Assembly: GCA_965645245.1 (NCBI GenBank)
Contig: OZ287067.1
Location: forward strand, 3,100,001 to 3,164,000
Direction: 5' to 3'
Length of the DNA stretch: 64,000 bases
Origin: Massalongia carnosa
Taxonomy: Eukaryota
Shown here in pieces: positions 1 to 12,455 of the stretch. The notes under the pieces were generated by a model. The model did not search any database, was not told the origin of the DNA, and worked only from the letters and a program-made list of their open reading frames with translations. Made by a program: the position numbers and the translations under genes. Position 1 is the first letter of the stretch, and each line of letters opens with the position of its first letter.

Positions 1-535
1 CCTGGATGTGTGACAGCCGCGCTGCGTACATAGGGAGACAAACCGAAATTATGTCAGAGATCAGCTTTTCTCCTAATCGAGTGCCTTGGCCTCTGGATGC
101 TGGTTCGAGTGAAGGTTGTCTTCGATTGGCTGCGTTTCGGGAGAAGATATCGCGCCGCGAACACTGTCGTTCCGAGATCATCAAAAAGATCATCGATTTG
201 TCAAACGCTATGCCGCTAAATCTTCCATTCCGTGACTTATACCCACGAAAGTCCATCCCACCGGCTCAATGCCGTCAGATTTGTTAAAAAATTAAAACCT
301 ACTGGGTATCACTGGATTGCCATGGCTTACTGCTTTGCAATAGAGCACATGGTCTACGATCCTCCTCCAGCATATACCGATTGACAAGGTCACCCAACTT
401 CCACTTAGCGAAAATACCCTCTCCGATAGTCCACCTTTTCATGGAATTCACGCTCGCCTGCTCAGCTTCGGCCGCGATATAATCTGTAAGCTGTCTGAAG
501 ATCCTCGAATTCGGGAAACAGCTGTTCTAACCCTT

Positions 536-2171
536 TTATGTAGCTAAGGGATTACGTTGGAACCAAATATGATTAAGCAAGTCAGACGCTCGTGGACGGT
601 CTGAAGGGCGATATTGCATTACCGATTTTAAGAGCGCACCGAGAGCATCGATATCCGCTTTGGAGAAATATTGTCTTTTGTTGTCTTCAAAGTATGTCTC
701 GTGTAGCCAGTTACATAGAGTAATTTGCTCGGACTCGAGGACCTCTAGAAGTCGGAATTAGATATCTCATTTTGAGCTGCAAACTCGAAAGAAAAATAGG
801 CTGATGTTGATGGCTCCATAGCAAGCCTAATGCCAAAGAGCCATGAAACCAGAAGTCGAAATTCACGTACCAGTAGCTCTCGTGGGAGGAACGTCTTCTT
901 TCCATTCTTCTGGTAAATCTCCAAACATTGAAACCCATTCTCGTATGAGATCATCTTTTTTCGGCATGAAGTTATCGAAAGGAGGGTATCCCACGACCAG
1001 TTCGAATATCTTTACCATTTATTAGTAGAAATCTTAAAATGATATACATAAGGCGTAATACTGTACAGCCTAAGCTCCATATATCTGCTCGCAGGTCCCA
1101 ATGAGAAGTTAAGACAGCTTCAGGGGCTCGAAAGACTAGAGGGCAGCGAATTTGGCGTTGTTGTCCAAGCAGAAATGCTTCCCCGAAGTCGACAAGCTTC
1201 ACCTGACAGCTCTTGAAATCTCGTGCCACGGAAGGAGATGATATTGGGAGGACGAGGTATTTGGGGACTTCCGCGGTCAAAGAATACCCGGATAAGGCTA
1301 CTACATCGCTGATTTTGGGCTTGCCTAGAGTACGTAGGAGATCTGTGTCGGATTGATATGACGTCGTTGTGTTTGCGAAGAGGATATTACCCGGATGCAG
1401 ATCTAAGGGTGCGCGCTAATTAGCATCCAAAAGGCGAGTAAAAGGCCTCTAATAAGAGCTCAATCACAACTCACCCCCGTGTGCGATACCGTTGTCATGG
1501 ATATAAGCAAGTGCTTGTATAGTCTGCCTTGAAGCCTCCCAAGCTATTTTGCCAGGCAATCTACTACTCGAATATAACTCGGCTTCGGACAGAACACTTG
1601 GCCCAAGTGGCTCAAGAACGAGGCACTGGTGGGTACCATTGGGGCCTTCGTGTTCAAAATGGTCTAATAGCTGTATGATATGCTTCTTTCCGGGATGGCT
1701 GGCCGGTCCATACGATAAGTGCTCGAGGATTTGAACCTCGTGGTCATCATGCCATAGTTCCGACACTGATATCTTAATAGCGACGTGGCGGGATAGCCTA
1801 TTTTGTGATCAGCTTAAACTGTTCTGCGAAACCTTACGTATTTGGATAGCGCCAGCATATGCTCACAATAGGTCTGTTGCAAGCCAAACAGTTGCGTAAG
1901 CACCCCAGCCCAATTTATGTATAGTCTTGTATCTCCCGTTTTTGAATGTATCTCCCAGATGTGTTGGGTGGTATCCCCCTTTCCGATACCGCTCCAATGG
2001 TTCGGCATCCACTTCGCAGTAGACAGCTCCAGTCCACTTCGCTACAGACTCTTTTGGGTATGAATTAGAAGCCATCTGCTTTCGAATCCAAGTGGACCTC
2101 ACAGTCGGTCTCGAGTATAGTGATCGTGTTGATGGCAGCACGCGCCACTTGAAAAGGGACAAATACGACAT
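536..2171 (-). CDS. SRPK/CMGC-like serine/threonine protein kinase (4 introns)
   Basis: Spliced translation gives YRKGGYHP, KLGWGAYATVWLA, VAIK, HGDLHPGN, DFG, RAPE, DIWSLGC and YRPSDRP; GT-AG introns; TAA at 536-538; appears intact. Confidence 0.9.
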
Positions 2172-3200
2172 ACAATCTGCACCTGAAAAAGCATGGGTAA
2201 ATTCATAGTTGTGTTGTTAGAGAATGTAGACTTAGAATGGCATTCCGTAAGTCGATTGATTCTGTCGGATAATATATAACCCGTGCACCGAAAGCGAAAT
2301 GCTTGGTCTAAGTGTATCAGGCGCGAGCCGTCAGCGCCATATTCCGAACTTCACGAGACTAAACACGCCTGGTAGGGTCGTCAACATTGATTTCCTTACT
2401 TTGATCTGGAAATCAACCCCAGGCAGAGTCACGCATGGTTTGCTTGGGCAATTTCTAGTAATAATAGGACAATGCCAGGGCGCGTCCCTGCAGTCAGGTT
2501 CCTTCAGCGAATCAAAAATCCAGCGAAACGCCAACTGATCCAGAGCCTCACGCTGGTTGTATGGAACACGCCCGACTGCGAGCATTTCACAGATGTGTTG
2601 ATCAAGTAAACATACCTATCTCGCCTCAAGATTGTCACAAAGTCGATCGTCAGGAATCCGAGACATACTAGTCATTCTGACAACAGACCACATATTACCC
2701 TACGAATGAAGACCGCTCGGCAGATCGCAGAAAAGTCAGGTCAAACAGTCCACGTCTATTATAACGAACAGACCAAGCAGTACGAGGCCTTTCGGCTATA
2801 TTCTGAACGGAAGGATGACTCGAATAAAGACGAACCTAAGGAAGAGTGAATACAAAGGAGGTCAATAGCGTATCTTGAAGTGGAGCAATTACTTTATATA
2901 CGTATTCATGTGGTTCCCAGGACACAGGGGTGGCAGAATTAGGGACATCGGTGAGGCAATGGCCTGGATTTACTTGGCTTGGGGCGGGAAGGCACACTTG
3001 TTTAATCCTTCGACTTGAGATCCATACAATGAATCCCTCGCTGTCTTCCGTGCTGGTTTTCCTCTTTGATTAACGCCACGTAGATGCTGCACTCGGCTTC
3101 AATCCGCAAATATATTGCGATCGAAGACATGGTCTCAAATCATTTGCAATAAACGAATCATACTTGGCAAATATATTCCCCATCCATTTGATATAACCGA

Positions 3201-6200
3201 TTATGTAGCCGGAGATGGAACCTGTGGAGCTTCATAAGTAAAATCAGAAGCTAACTCCGTTGAACCGTTTAGGTTTTCCGTTTTCGCTCCTGCCGTTGCG
3301 TTTGTAGGCCTTTGCTGTGCCTGCAAATGCTGTCTTTGTTGCCGGCTTGGCGTCTGGGTATTTTTTCTTTGTATGGGAGTGGTATCTCCCTTTCTAGTGC
3401 CATCCATTGACGGGTTATCTTCCGGGTACATCTCATGATTTGATGACCCAAATCTGTTGAGCCGTTGATACTTGCCCCTTTCCACAGGTTTTCGTCCGTC
3501 CCGTACCTGTTGTGCTCGAAGTGCTGCACCATCGTCGCTCTCTTCAGTCATCACTCGGCGCTTCCGCTGTCGATATTCTCGTACATCATCCTCATTCACA
3601 CCACCATCTTGCCCTTCCCCATTTGCTTTATCCTCCTGCACAACCTCTTGGGCTTCGTCCGCTTGCCTACCACCTTGGACCTTATCATTATGCGCTGCAT
3701 CCTCATATGCTCCATCCTTATACGCTCCATTCCCGCGGGCTCCATCTTCTTGCTCGTTCTCTTGCGTTTGATGCTCATGCCTCCGTTCTTGCACTCCATG
3801 CTCTTGGCCCCTCTCTTGGGCCTCAGGCTCATGGGCTACCTCCGTTAGCCTCTCCTCTTGGCCCTCCACTTGTGCTCTATCCTGTTTTGGTCTGTGTTCT
3901 TTTGCTGGACTATTTTCGCCTTTGGGTGTTGAAACACTCACTTGAGTACCACCTTTTGGGACTGCGTCTATTGAACAGTTCTCCGCTTGTACTTCAGGTA
4001 CATTTTGATTGGCATCTATTCCTCCATACTCGAGCTCTAAGGAAGATGGCAATTCAAGATCTGCCAGTTCTTCTTGGCCTCGTCTTTGTAAATCACCTAT
4101 GTCTCGCTCGTCTCGCTCCAGGATTGTCTCTGACTCATTTAGCTCACTCCTAAATATCTCTGGCTTCACGCTCTTTTGCTCTCGTTTCTGCTGCAATTCA
4201 TCCCTCTTTAAGTCTTTATAGCGTTCCTCTTGCTTGTGCAGCTCGCTGATGTCTACCGTAAGCTTTTCTCGTTGTTCATTTTGCCTCAATTCTTGTTTCC
4301 CGAGATCAATTGCGTACTCCGCAAGCTTTTGTCGCTGTTCTTTTTGCCTTTGCTCTTGGTTCACGAGCTCTTCTGCGACCGCTGCGACAGCGCTTCGTCG
4401 TTCCTCCTGTTTTTGCTCTTGTAAAACTAGCTCCCTTGCGTCCGCCGCGAGTGTTCGTCGTTGTTCCTCCTGCCTTTGTTGTCGATTGAATTGCTCATTT
4501 TCTTCCCTCGCAAGAATTTGACGTTGTTCCTCTCGCTTTTGCTCTTGCTCTCTAAGGGCACTGGCGTCCCCCGTAAGCTTTTGATACATCTGTTGGTGCT
4601 CTTGCTCGCTTTCTTTCAGCGCGCTTGCGTCGGAGATAAGCTTTTGTCTTCGTCGCTCTTGCTCTTGTGCTTGTTCTTGCTCTTGTTCTCTGACTGCGAC
4701 GGCGTTCCTTGCAAGCCTCTGCCGGCGTTGTTCTTGTTCTTGCTCTTGCTTTTCGAGCGTGCTTACATCGGACAAGAGCTTTTGTCGTTGCTGGTCCTTT
4801 TCTTGATCCTCTTCTTCGAATACGCTTGCATCTCTTATAAGCTTCTGCCAGTACTGTTCTTGTCCTTGTTCTTGCTTTTCAAGTATGTTTGTATGAGACA
4901 AGAGGTTCTGTCGTCGCTGTCCTTGCTCTTGCTCTTGTTTTGTAAGTGCGCTTGCATCGGACACGAGCTTTTGCCGTTTTTGTCCCAGTCTTTGCTCCTC
5001 TTCTACGAGAGCATTTGCGTCCCCGTCAAGCTTCTGCCGATATTGCTCTTGCTCATACTTCTTTTTTTCAAGCACGCCTGCTTCCAATAAAAGCTTTTGT
5101 TGTTGCATCGTTGTTTCTTGTGTAAGAGCATCTTCTGGTTGGAACGGAGGTCCTTGTTCCTCTCCCTCTCCATCCTGCATCATTGTGTCTTCTGTTTGTT
5201 CCCCGTCAACCTCCATATGCTCAGCACCTCGTGTTGGGTCTTCTCTTGGCGAACAAGCCGATTGAGTCAGACGGAAAGCCGGGGATAATAGTTCTCCTGT
5301 CGCTGTAATGAGATTCTATTGTGGGTTGGAGTCGTCCAGCATCCCATAGAACTTCAAGTACGTGGATCTTAGCCTGAAGTAGGACGTGATCCCCTCGGAT
5401 TGTTCATACCTGTTGTCATGTAAATGAGTAATAAACAGAAATTTGCGGTCTTCTTCGTAATTTTGAGCATATGGCATTCCGCATCTGTCTTTTCTAATTT
5501 CCCCTGGACCATCCGTGACGAGCGCAGGCTTTTCGTTTCCTCTGACTATCGGCGGGTCTGCTGACTTTGGAAACTGCTTTAAGGCGGTGATCTCGGACGA
5601 CTCAAATCCTAAATGATTGGCTAGATCAGCCATCTCGCGCAACCTCGTTGTGTCTAACATAGCCCTTGGCTTTGCCAAAAGGTCCCTCCCGCTGGGCTTT
5701 TTGGGAATTTCGCGGTAGTAGCGCATAGCGAAGGCGCATAATTGTCGATATCCCAGGTCAATTCGACGAGCGGCGTTTGCTGGTACAGACTCGAACGTGG
5801 TCTCGTTTTCCTGCACCAGTGCCGAGTCTACGCTCTGATCCATACCGGTATATATCTTATTCATTGCCGAGGACAGCGTTTCTCGCGGACCTAGGCATAC
5901 CAGCCATTTTGAACATTCGGCCCATGCCTCAAGGCATTTGACATTCTCAAAGAATTCGAACAGAGAAGGAACCAGACCTTTGAATGACTGTAGCCTAATC
6001 CAGATCCCCTCGCGTTCTTGTTGGCTTAAATGGCAAAAGAGTTCCCCGCCCAGCATTTTACCACGGAGAATTTTGGCTTCCAGTCTTGATGCCCATGGCG
6101 CGGTGAGCTGTAACGCTTCCACGGTGGCTTGGTCTACCTTGGCCATCGCGGCCTGGTCTTGCTGAAGCAGGTCAGACCAGAATTGCTTGGTGTAGCGAAG

Positions 6201-6523
6201 ATAATGGATGATTTCCTAGCAATCAATGAGCGCATCCATACGGTCGGCGACGGAACGTTTACCTCATCGCATCTAATCGCGAAAATCTTATGTAGGGTAC
6301 TAATTCTCATCCCAGTTAAGAGCGCAGGTATCTCCAAGAAAGCATCAAAGGCAAGGGTGAACTCCCTATGCCGGAATAGTTGTTTTAAATTTCCGGCTCT
6401 ATGTGGAGAGAGAAGAGTCCACCATCGCATTTCCAAACTGGACTGCTTCTGGAACCGATAGTTGCGTATCTTCCTATAGACCTCACCGTCCGAGGGTTTC
6501 GCTTCGTTCGCGTACTCTTCCAT
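3201..6523 (-). pseudogene. DUF3723 Starship-associated protein with long coiled-coil repeat tail; in-frame TAG at 5316-5318, N-terminus apparently missing
   Basis: Motifs EEYANEAKPSDGEVYRKIR, RWW, CDE|EIIHYL, VDQATVEALQLTAPWAS, LVPSLFEFFEN, GYRQLCAFAMR. ORFs 5316-6146 and 3201-5216 are in the same frame, separated by one stop plus 33 sense codons. Intron ~6217-6262. Confidence 0.85.
4210..5102 (-). repeat. ~14 degenerate 63-nt (21-aa) coding repeats, consensus RQKLxxDAxxLxxQEQEQxxx
   Basis: Visible in the translation of ORF 3201-5216, e.g. RQKLVSDASALTKQEQEQGQR and RQKLLSDVSTLEKQEQEQEQR. Confidence 0.9.
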
Positions 6524-6812
6524 GCTGACAAAGATTGAGGATCAGAGTAGAAGGGAATGTAAGGCTTCTGGATCGCACCGTGTTCCCTGGGGAAAGTCTC
6601 CTAAGTCCATCGTTCCAAGAGCTTTAAATACCTTGAATTAAACTGATCCAATACTGGCTCATTCACAGGGGGGTCCACAATTGGAGCTAGGTGCCAGAAT
6701 TGGAAGAGGTGGCTGCACCGCCATTGTCCTAGGAGATCTGTCCTGAGCTGACTATCCCAGGACCATTAACACCACTTGACCCAGGACTGGCTCATCCTGG
6801 ATGCCTCTTCGC

Positions 6813-6832
6813 CCCAGGAGAATTCTCCTGGG
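6813..6832. repeat. perfect 20-bp palindrome CCCAGGAGAATTCTCCTGGG
   Basis: Equals its own reverse complement. Confidence 0.9.
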
Positions 6833-6914
6833 ACAAACTTCCTAGGAGAAGCGGAATTAGGCAGCGAACCGCTCCAATGTGCTGTGCCAGAATTGAAGGG
6901 TAAGGTGCCTGAGT

Positions 6915-6980
6915 TGGAGCAGGGAGCCAGAACTGGAGCAGGGTGTTAGAACTGGAGCAGGGCGTCAGAATTGGAGCCAG
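6915..6980 (+). repeat. 19-bp tandem repeat x3.5 (TGGAGCAGGGnnnnAGAAY)
   Basis: tggagcagggagccagaac / tggagcagggtgttagaac / tggagcagggcgtcagaat / tggagccag. Confidence 0.85.
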
Positions 6981-7194
6981 GTAACACTAGGTGTAGAAGC
7001 AGGACTGCAGGCGATATTGCCAACCAGCTAAGAAATAGAGAAGAACTGTATAGCGGCGAATAGAATTCTAAGTCAAGCACAGCTAAGGAACTACCCAAAC
7101 AGCTAGGCGTCGTCACCCCAACTGTTCATAGGAAATTGCAAAAAACCTTTATAGTACACCCTTCTCGCAAATGATGCGATATCAAAAGAGATGC

Positions 7195-8061
7195 TTACCA
7201 TCCTTGTAGTGCATTCCTCTTTTGCCAAGCAGCATGAAGCGAATCTGTTTCTGTAGGTGAGTAGATATTGATCACTCGTGTGACAACCTGAGGACTATCC
7301 GGCCAATCGCATCTTGGTCCTTCTGAAGGCGTTTTGTGTATAAGTGAGACATCGGTCATGTACTGAGGTCCAAACATGCATATGCTGAAAGTGTCATTAG
7401 CCTTGTAGGCGGCGACATTACCCGTCTCGTATCTAACAGAGTCCAATTCTACTTTCACGATTGCGATCCGAGTGACGTCTTTAAGCACGAGCTGAAAGAT
7501 AGACATGGCAGCAGCCCTGTCTATGGTAGCATGACCTAGCTGGCTTTGAGGTGCCTCTTGTGCCAAAGTCGTAATTGGAATGGATATCTCAACACCAGCT
7601 GCGAGCCCTTCAATGGTGGCAATGGGCGTCGTATCCCAAAAGTTTGGAAGTTCAGCTGCTTCCGTGACCGTCATCTTAGTAGAACGCGTTATACTCAATA
7701 AGGCCTGTTTGGTCCAGGGGACGAGGTTGCCGTAATCGAAAGGTGGCCGAATCATGATTTTGAAAGGGACCACCTTTTTCCAGTGCATGGTGGCAGATTC
7801 TCGCATGAGTGCTTCAACTTGGCGGAAGTCAAGGCCTCGTCCCATCATGGTGATTCCTCCCATGTCCTCATTCTATTTCATGTGCTCGAACACGTCCCAA
7901 AGCAAGCTCAGATATGCTCTCTTTTCCCTATCTGATAGCCAGAAGCCGACCGCCCTCCGCAGTGCGAACAAATTGGCGCCCGAGAGGCAGCGCATGAGTA
8001 TGGTTCGACATTCAGGTATATCCTGGAACACCCTCCTAAACTTGGGCAACTCCATAGTCAT
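7195..8061 (-). pseudogene. hypothetical protein interrupted by in-frame TAG (7873-7875)
   Basis: ORFs 7873-8061 and 7195-7863 are in frame (ATG AAA TAG AAT GAG GAC ATG). Confidence 0.6.
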
Positions 8062-8468
8062 GCCTACATTTTCACCCCACTAATATATCAACTTTAGACA
8101 CTGATTCTGAAGACTTGAAAACTTTAGGTAAGATCTCTGTGATTTATCACGCAATTTCAGTAAACAATTTAATGAAACGTTGAAACAGGAAGAGCGACGC
8201 GGCTTTTGAAATCAGAGTCAAGAGCCATATCTGGATGGGAGCCGAATTCGGATGCAATTCTTTTAACGTGGCAGAGCTTCCATCCCCAATGACTTGAGGA
8301 TCGCTTGCTCTTGGAACATCTAGTTCTTAGTCGCAAAATCCTTCTTCTCCGGGACTAGGTTGTTTGGCTCTCGCAAATCGCTCACGGGAAGCATGGCCGC
8401 ATTGATCTTTCTCTGAATGCAGGGAATCTGGCTGTGCCAAGATTGGAATGCTATCAATAGAGAGCTGG

Positions 8469-11400
8469 TTATTTCACTGACCTAGAGTGTGGATCATTCT
8501 TTCCTTCGTCCACGTAGTCGAAAGCATCTACCAGCAGTGTTGAACCCGGAGCGGCATTCCGAATTTCATCGTCGGTGGCCAGCTCTATCTTGAACTGGTG
8601 GGTCTTCAGCTTGCTTGGGCTAGAGAGGATATCGAAGAGGGGTGCCAGCTTAGGTACATAGCTCCATAGGTGTGGGCGAAGCTCGGCGAGAGCTTCAACG
8701 AAGAGAGCCCGAGCGTCACATGGGATTTCGGTTTGGAAGCTACCGCAGATCAGTCGATGCCAATCAAACCTCATCATCGACACTTACGAAGATCCCGAAA
8801 TGCTCTGAGAAGCAGGCAGTATTCGAATATGATGCGGCACCAGAGCGAGAAGAGCGAGAGATGAGAACCGATTTTGGATGGAAGACCAGATAGCCCCCTC
8901 CTGTCTCCACCTCCTCAGGTTGCGCTGAACTTCCCAAAATGCGGATCTTTCGGCAGGATTGGGGGATGAGTCCCATCCTTTCATCTTTGGATATATCTTA
9001 ACCACCGTAGCTTTGACAGATCTAGTTACTGCGCAGCCGTTCTGGGACACCATGTGTCCAGCTCGGTCTTGGAAAAGGTGCGTCCCTTCATTGATTAGTG
9101 AGGTAAAATAAGCGCGCACGAAGCGTTGAAGGATGACATTGATGAGTCCGAGACGTTCTGTCCAAACGCCTACCGTGTACAGGTGGCTTGATAGATCAAA
9201 TGGTGCCTGGATAACTTCTTCTGGTGCCAGCACGCGGTAGTGAGCGACAGCGCCCTTTAAGGCGACGAAATGTTCAGGACAAGCGAACGCCGCCACCATT
9301 TCGAGGAGACGAGAGGCCCGCGTGTATCCCACTGGGGCTTCGCTTCTTTGGAGACGGCAGTCGGCAAAGCGCTCTAGGTACTTCATCCATGGGCACGAAG
9401 GGGACGACTTGAAGATGGTTGAGATGTTGGCCTTTATGGTCGCGAGATCCAGTCGCCAAGTGCTATCCTCATCCCCATCAGAGTCGCTTTCATCAACGCG
9501 AGCAGTTTGAGCTTCGACCTCTTCAATCTGCAATTTCCTCCGTTTCGCTCGTGTGGAGTCGAGATTGAATGCGTAGTAGCGAGGCGCAACACCAACCTGC
9601 CACGACCTTGAGGTGTCCGGATATAACACGCTCTTCAGCATGGTCTGCTCGCTAGCTTCGTGAAGAGACCTCGCCAATAATAATTCGGCGTAAAAAACCC
9701 TTAAGATATGCGCCTCGATTGGCGCTCCGTCGACGACCTCGCCTTGGCTGAGGCGTCTCGCATTCTCCAGAAGGTATATCCCGCAATCCGAGCCATTTGT
9801 CTGTTGATGTGAACTCTATAAAATCATCAGCTGACTGAACGTGTGAAGGGGAAAGTGTACTTACGCCTTCAAAGGGAGAATTCCAGCCGGAATAGTCTTG
9901 ACCGAAGTACTCACCGACCCGCTTCATTTGCGCCTCCACGAATTCACAACAATCACGCAGGTGATACCCAGGCAGTGAGCTGTAGTAGCTTATAGTTCGG
10001 ATCGGAATATCCACCACGATCAGGATCCAATGATCGCAGGGGTTATGCGGAATGATTATGCGTGTATGTTTCCGTCCGATTGGCCACACGGGCCCGTCCA
10101 GCATCTCCTTTCTCTTTTCGGCGTCATTGATATCGAATTCTGTATGCTTACTGTGTAGGACTGTCGTAGATTCGCCCCACCCGAAAAGCGATAAAACACA
10201 CATGAGTGGGGACGTCGAAAGCCAATGCGAGGGGAGAAAGGGACTCAAGTCTTCTCTCACTTCTTCCTTCGTTCTGGTCCTGAACTGCACATCGGAATAA
10301 TCGCCGATGGAGATCAGTTTAAGCTCAGCCTCTTCGATCACTTCATCGACAGTCTGCACTTTTGGCTGAAAGGCGAAGGCACAGGAGAGACGCTGGGAAC
10401 CGTGTCCCGCCTCATCTTCCCGCAAGGAAGGTTCGCGTGCGGCAAGGTCTCGCACCCAGTAGTCGCAGTCCATTTCGAATATATGATCGACCACGGGCTT
10501 GAAAAATGCCCTCGGAGGAGGTTTGTTGTTGACGTATATCACCTTCACCCTTCCGACGTACCGCCGGAATCAGCTTGTTCTTGAGCTCGTACCTCGGACC
10601 GTCGATGGCCAATGATGTACCAATGACCAGGAGGACATCCGGCGTTGACTCCGCATCTTCGTCAATGATCCTCGCTTTTGCCTCGCTTAGAGGATCGTCA
10701 ATATCGTGGAAGAGGACAATGTTAGGTCGCAAATGTCCAACATGGATTTTCGTTCTCCCTCCCCTTCTCCGCCGTTCTTCTACCTTTGACGCGCATTCAG
10801 GACATGATACGATCTCCCCGGAAGCAAGAGCGGTCTCGCGCACGCCATCCCAGCTTGTGAAATGGCTGCAATAAGAGCACCTGAAGGAGTCAAGGTTGCC
10901 ATGCAGCTGGACCACGTCGCAGTCTTTGGACTCGATATCAGCATTCAAACCAGCCCTTGCCTCCAGTCCATCCAGATTCTGGGTATAACATCTTTGCAGC
11001 TTTCCGGATCTTTGAATGACTTGGAGGAATCGATGCGTATCCGTCTGAATCAGATCTTCGGATTTCGTTTTGTTCCTGATTTCGATCAAGCACTTATACA
11101 ATTCTTTGCGTCTTTCTTCATCATCGAGCACTTCTCTCTCGAAAAGACCTCGATTCGATTCGTCTTGTGAAGGCCAGTCTCAGATCGAAAGTCCTGGATG
11201 ATTGTTATTTAAAGATGGTCAAAAGTATAGATCAATACTCACGGGTATACCACAATTAGTACTTATCCCGGCGCCCGCGAACACGATGATTCGACGAGCC
11301 TCGTTCATAACACTGGCGACCTTCTGCAGCTCTTGCTCCACATCGTTCGTGATGTCTCTCGGTGTTAGTAGGTATCGCCAGAGTGAATAGTATAGGGGAA

Positions 11401-11890
11401 AATACCTAGCGGGTTTATCACTGGAGCGGATTCGGTGCATCCTCTCTCGGTATCGTCCATCGACATATCTGGTGAGACAGCTTGCGAATCTTCTTGGGTG
11501 GATGCTCTAGGACCCGCCGTCGAGGAATTTATACCATTTGGGTTTGCTTGATTACTAGCAGTCGTAATGAAGCCAGTTTTATTTTGCGGATGCACAGTTC
11601 GAGTGGAGACCAGCCCTGCTTTGTTGTTTGGCGGAGTCGTGTTAAGCGTAGTGTTTGGCTGTGGATGAGCCGCTGGAGGCTGTAAGACCTTTTCGGTTTC
11701 TCGCCCTTTCCCGGAGAGTCGCCGAATCTCCGTCTGAAGGACGTCAATGATCTTGCGGTTTATATTATCGTCTTCTTCAGGATTTGATTCCTTTAGCAAA
11801 CTCCTGAGAGAGCGTTCAAACTAGGAAGAAACTTAGCAGTCTTTCGAAGGATATGCCGGACAGCCTCACCTTAAGAGTTCGAGCATCCAT
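8469..11890 (-). pseudogene. Sirtuin (Hst3/Hst4-like) - Ulp1/C48 cysteine protease - unknown C-terminal domain fusion, two frameshifts
   Basis: Sir2 motifs GAGIS, GIP|DFRS, YTQNLDGLE, QLHG, CSYC/CPEC, RPNIVLF, IGTSL, VIYVNN. These are followed in the same frame by C48 motifs WL, HW, D and, after intron 9816-9864, QQTNGSDCG, which reads in frame into ORF 8784-9677 and, via an intron, into 8469. Frameshifts at ~11135 (extra AG) and ~10546. Confidence 0.8.
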
Positions 11891-12455
11891 TGTAGATGTT
11901 GAGATGTCTGTAAATGGTCATTTCCTGAGAGAATCCGAACATCTGCGAACATTTTCGGCAGACCAAGAGTCTATGTCTTGTCGACTTAGGATCTAAATTT
12001 GCGGTAGCATCCACAATCGGCTCCAGACATTGGCATCCATAACAGGGGCCTCTTTCGAACAGCAGCATCCAAAAGCGAACCCCTGGTCCTATACTCGTCG
12101 TTGGCGCAATTTAACACTATCGATTTGCTCATCCTGCAGCGAGAAGCCAAGGGGAAAGCGAAGAAGGCGAAACGTTCCGGACTACATGAACCGCCAACAA
12201 GAAATGGTGATCCGGTTGACCGATTTTTCAAAATAGAGGCTGAAATTTAAAATACAAGTAGAATATTAGAGATGGCCAAGGGTTATTATTTTCAACGTAA
12301 AGCCGGTGTAAGCAAGGCTGTGAAATGCATAACAGCTAACCCAACCGTCTACACCCACGCTATTCAGAGGTTCAACCATAGGCGTGGCTTTCAATGTGCT
12401 CCGTAGGCCATCCGTAAACGCTGGCCGAGAAAAGCAAAATAGCTTCAGACCTTAT

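Noticed and set aside
620..635. Suspected frameshift in kinase subdomain XI
   Set aside because: Re-reading gives CTC TTA AAA TCG GTA ATG; frame intact
2974..2990. TTGGCTTGGG..CGGG similarity to 28903-28920
   Set aside because: Short, direct orientation, could be chance; insufficient to call a terminus
3465..5090. Leu-rich plus-strand ORFs resembling membrane proteins
   Set aside because: Antisense shadows of the Q/E-rich minus-strand gene
6915..6980. Short repeats with variable inner bases, superficially CRISPR-like
   Set aside because: No real spacers, eukaryotic context, no cas genes
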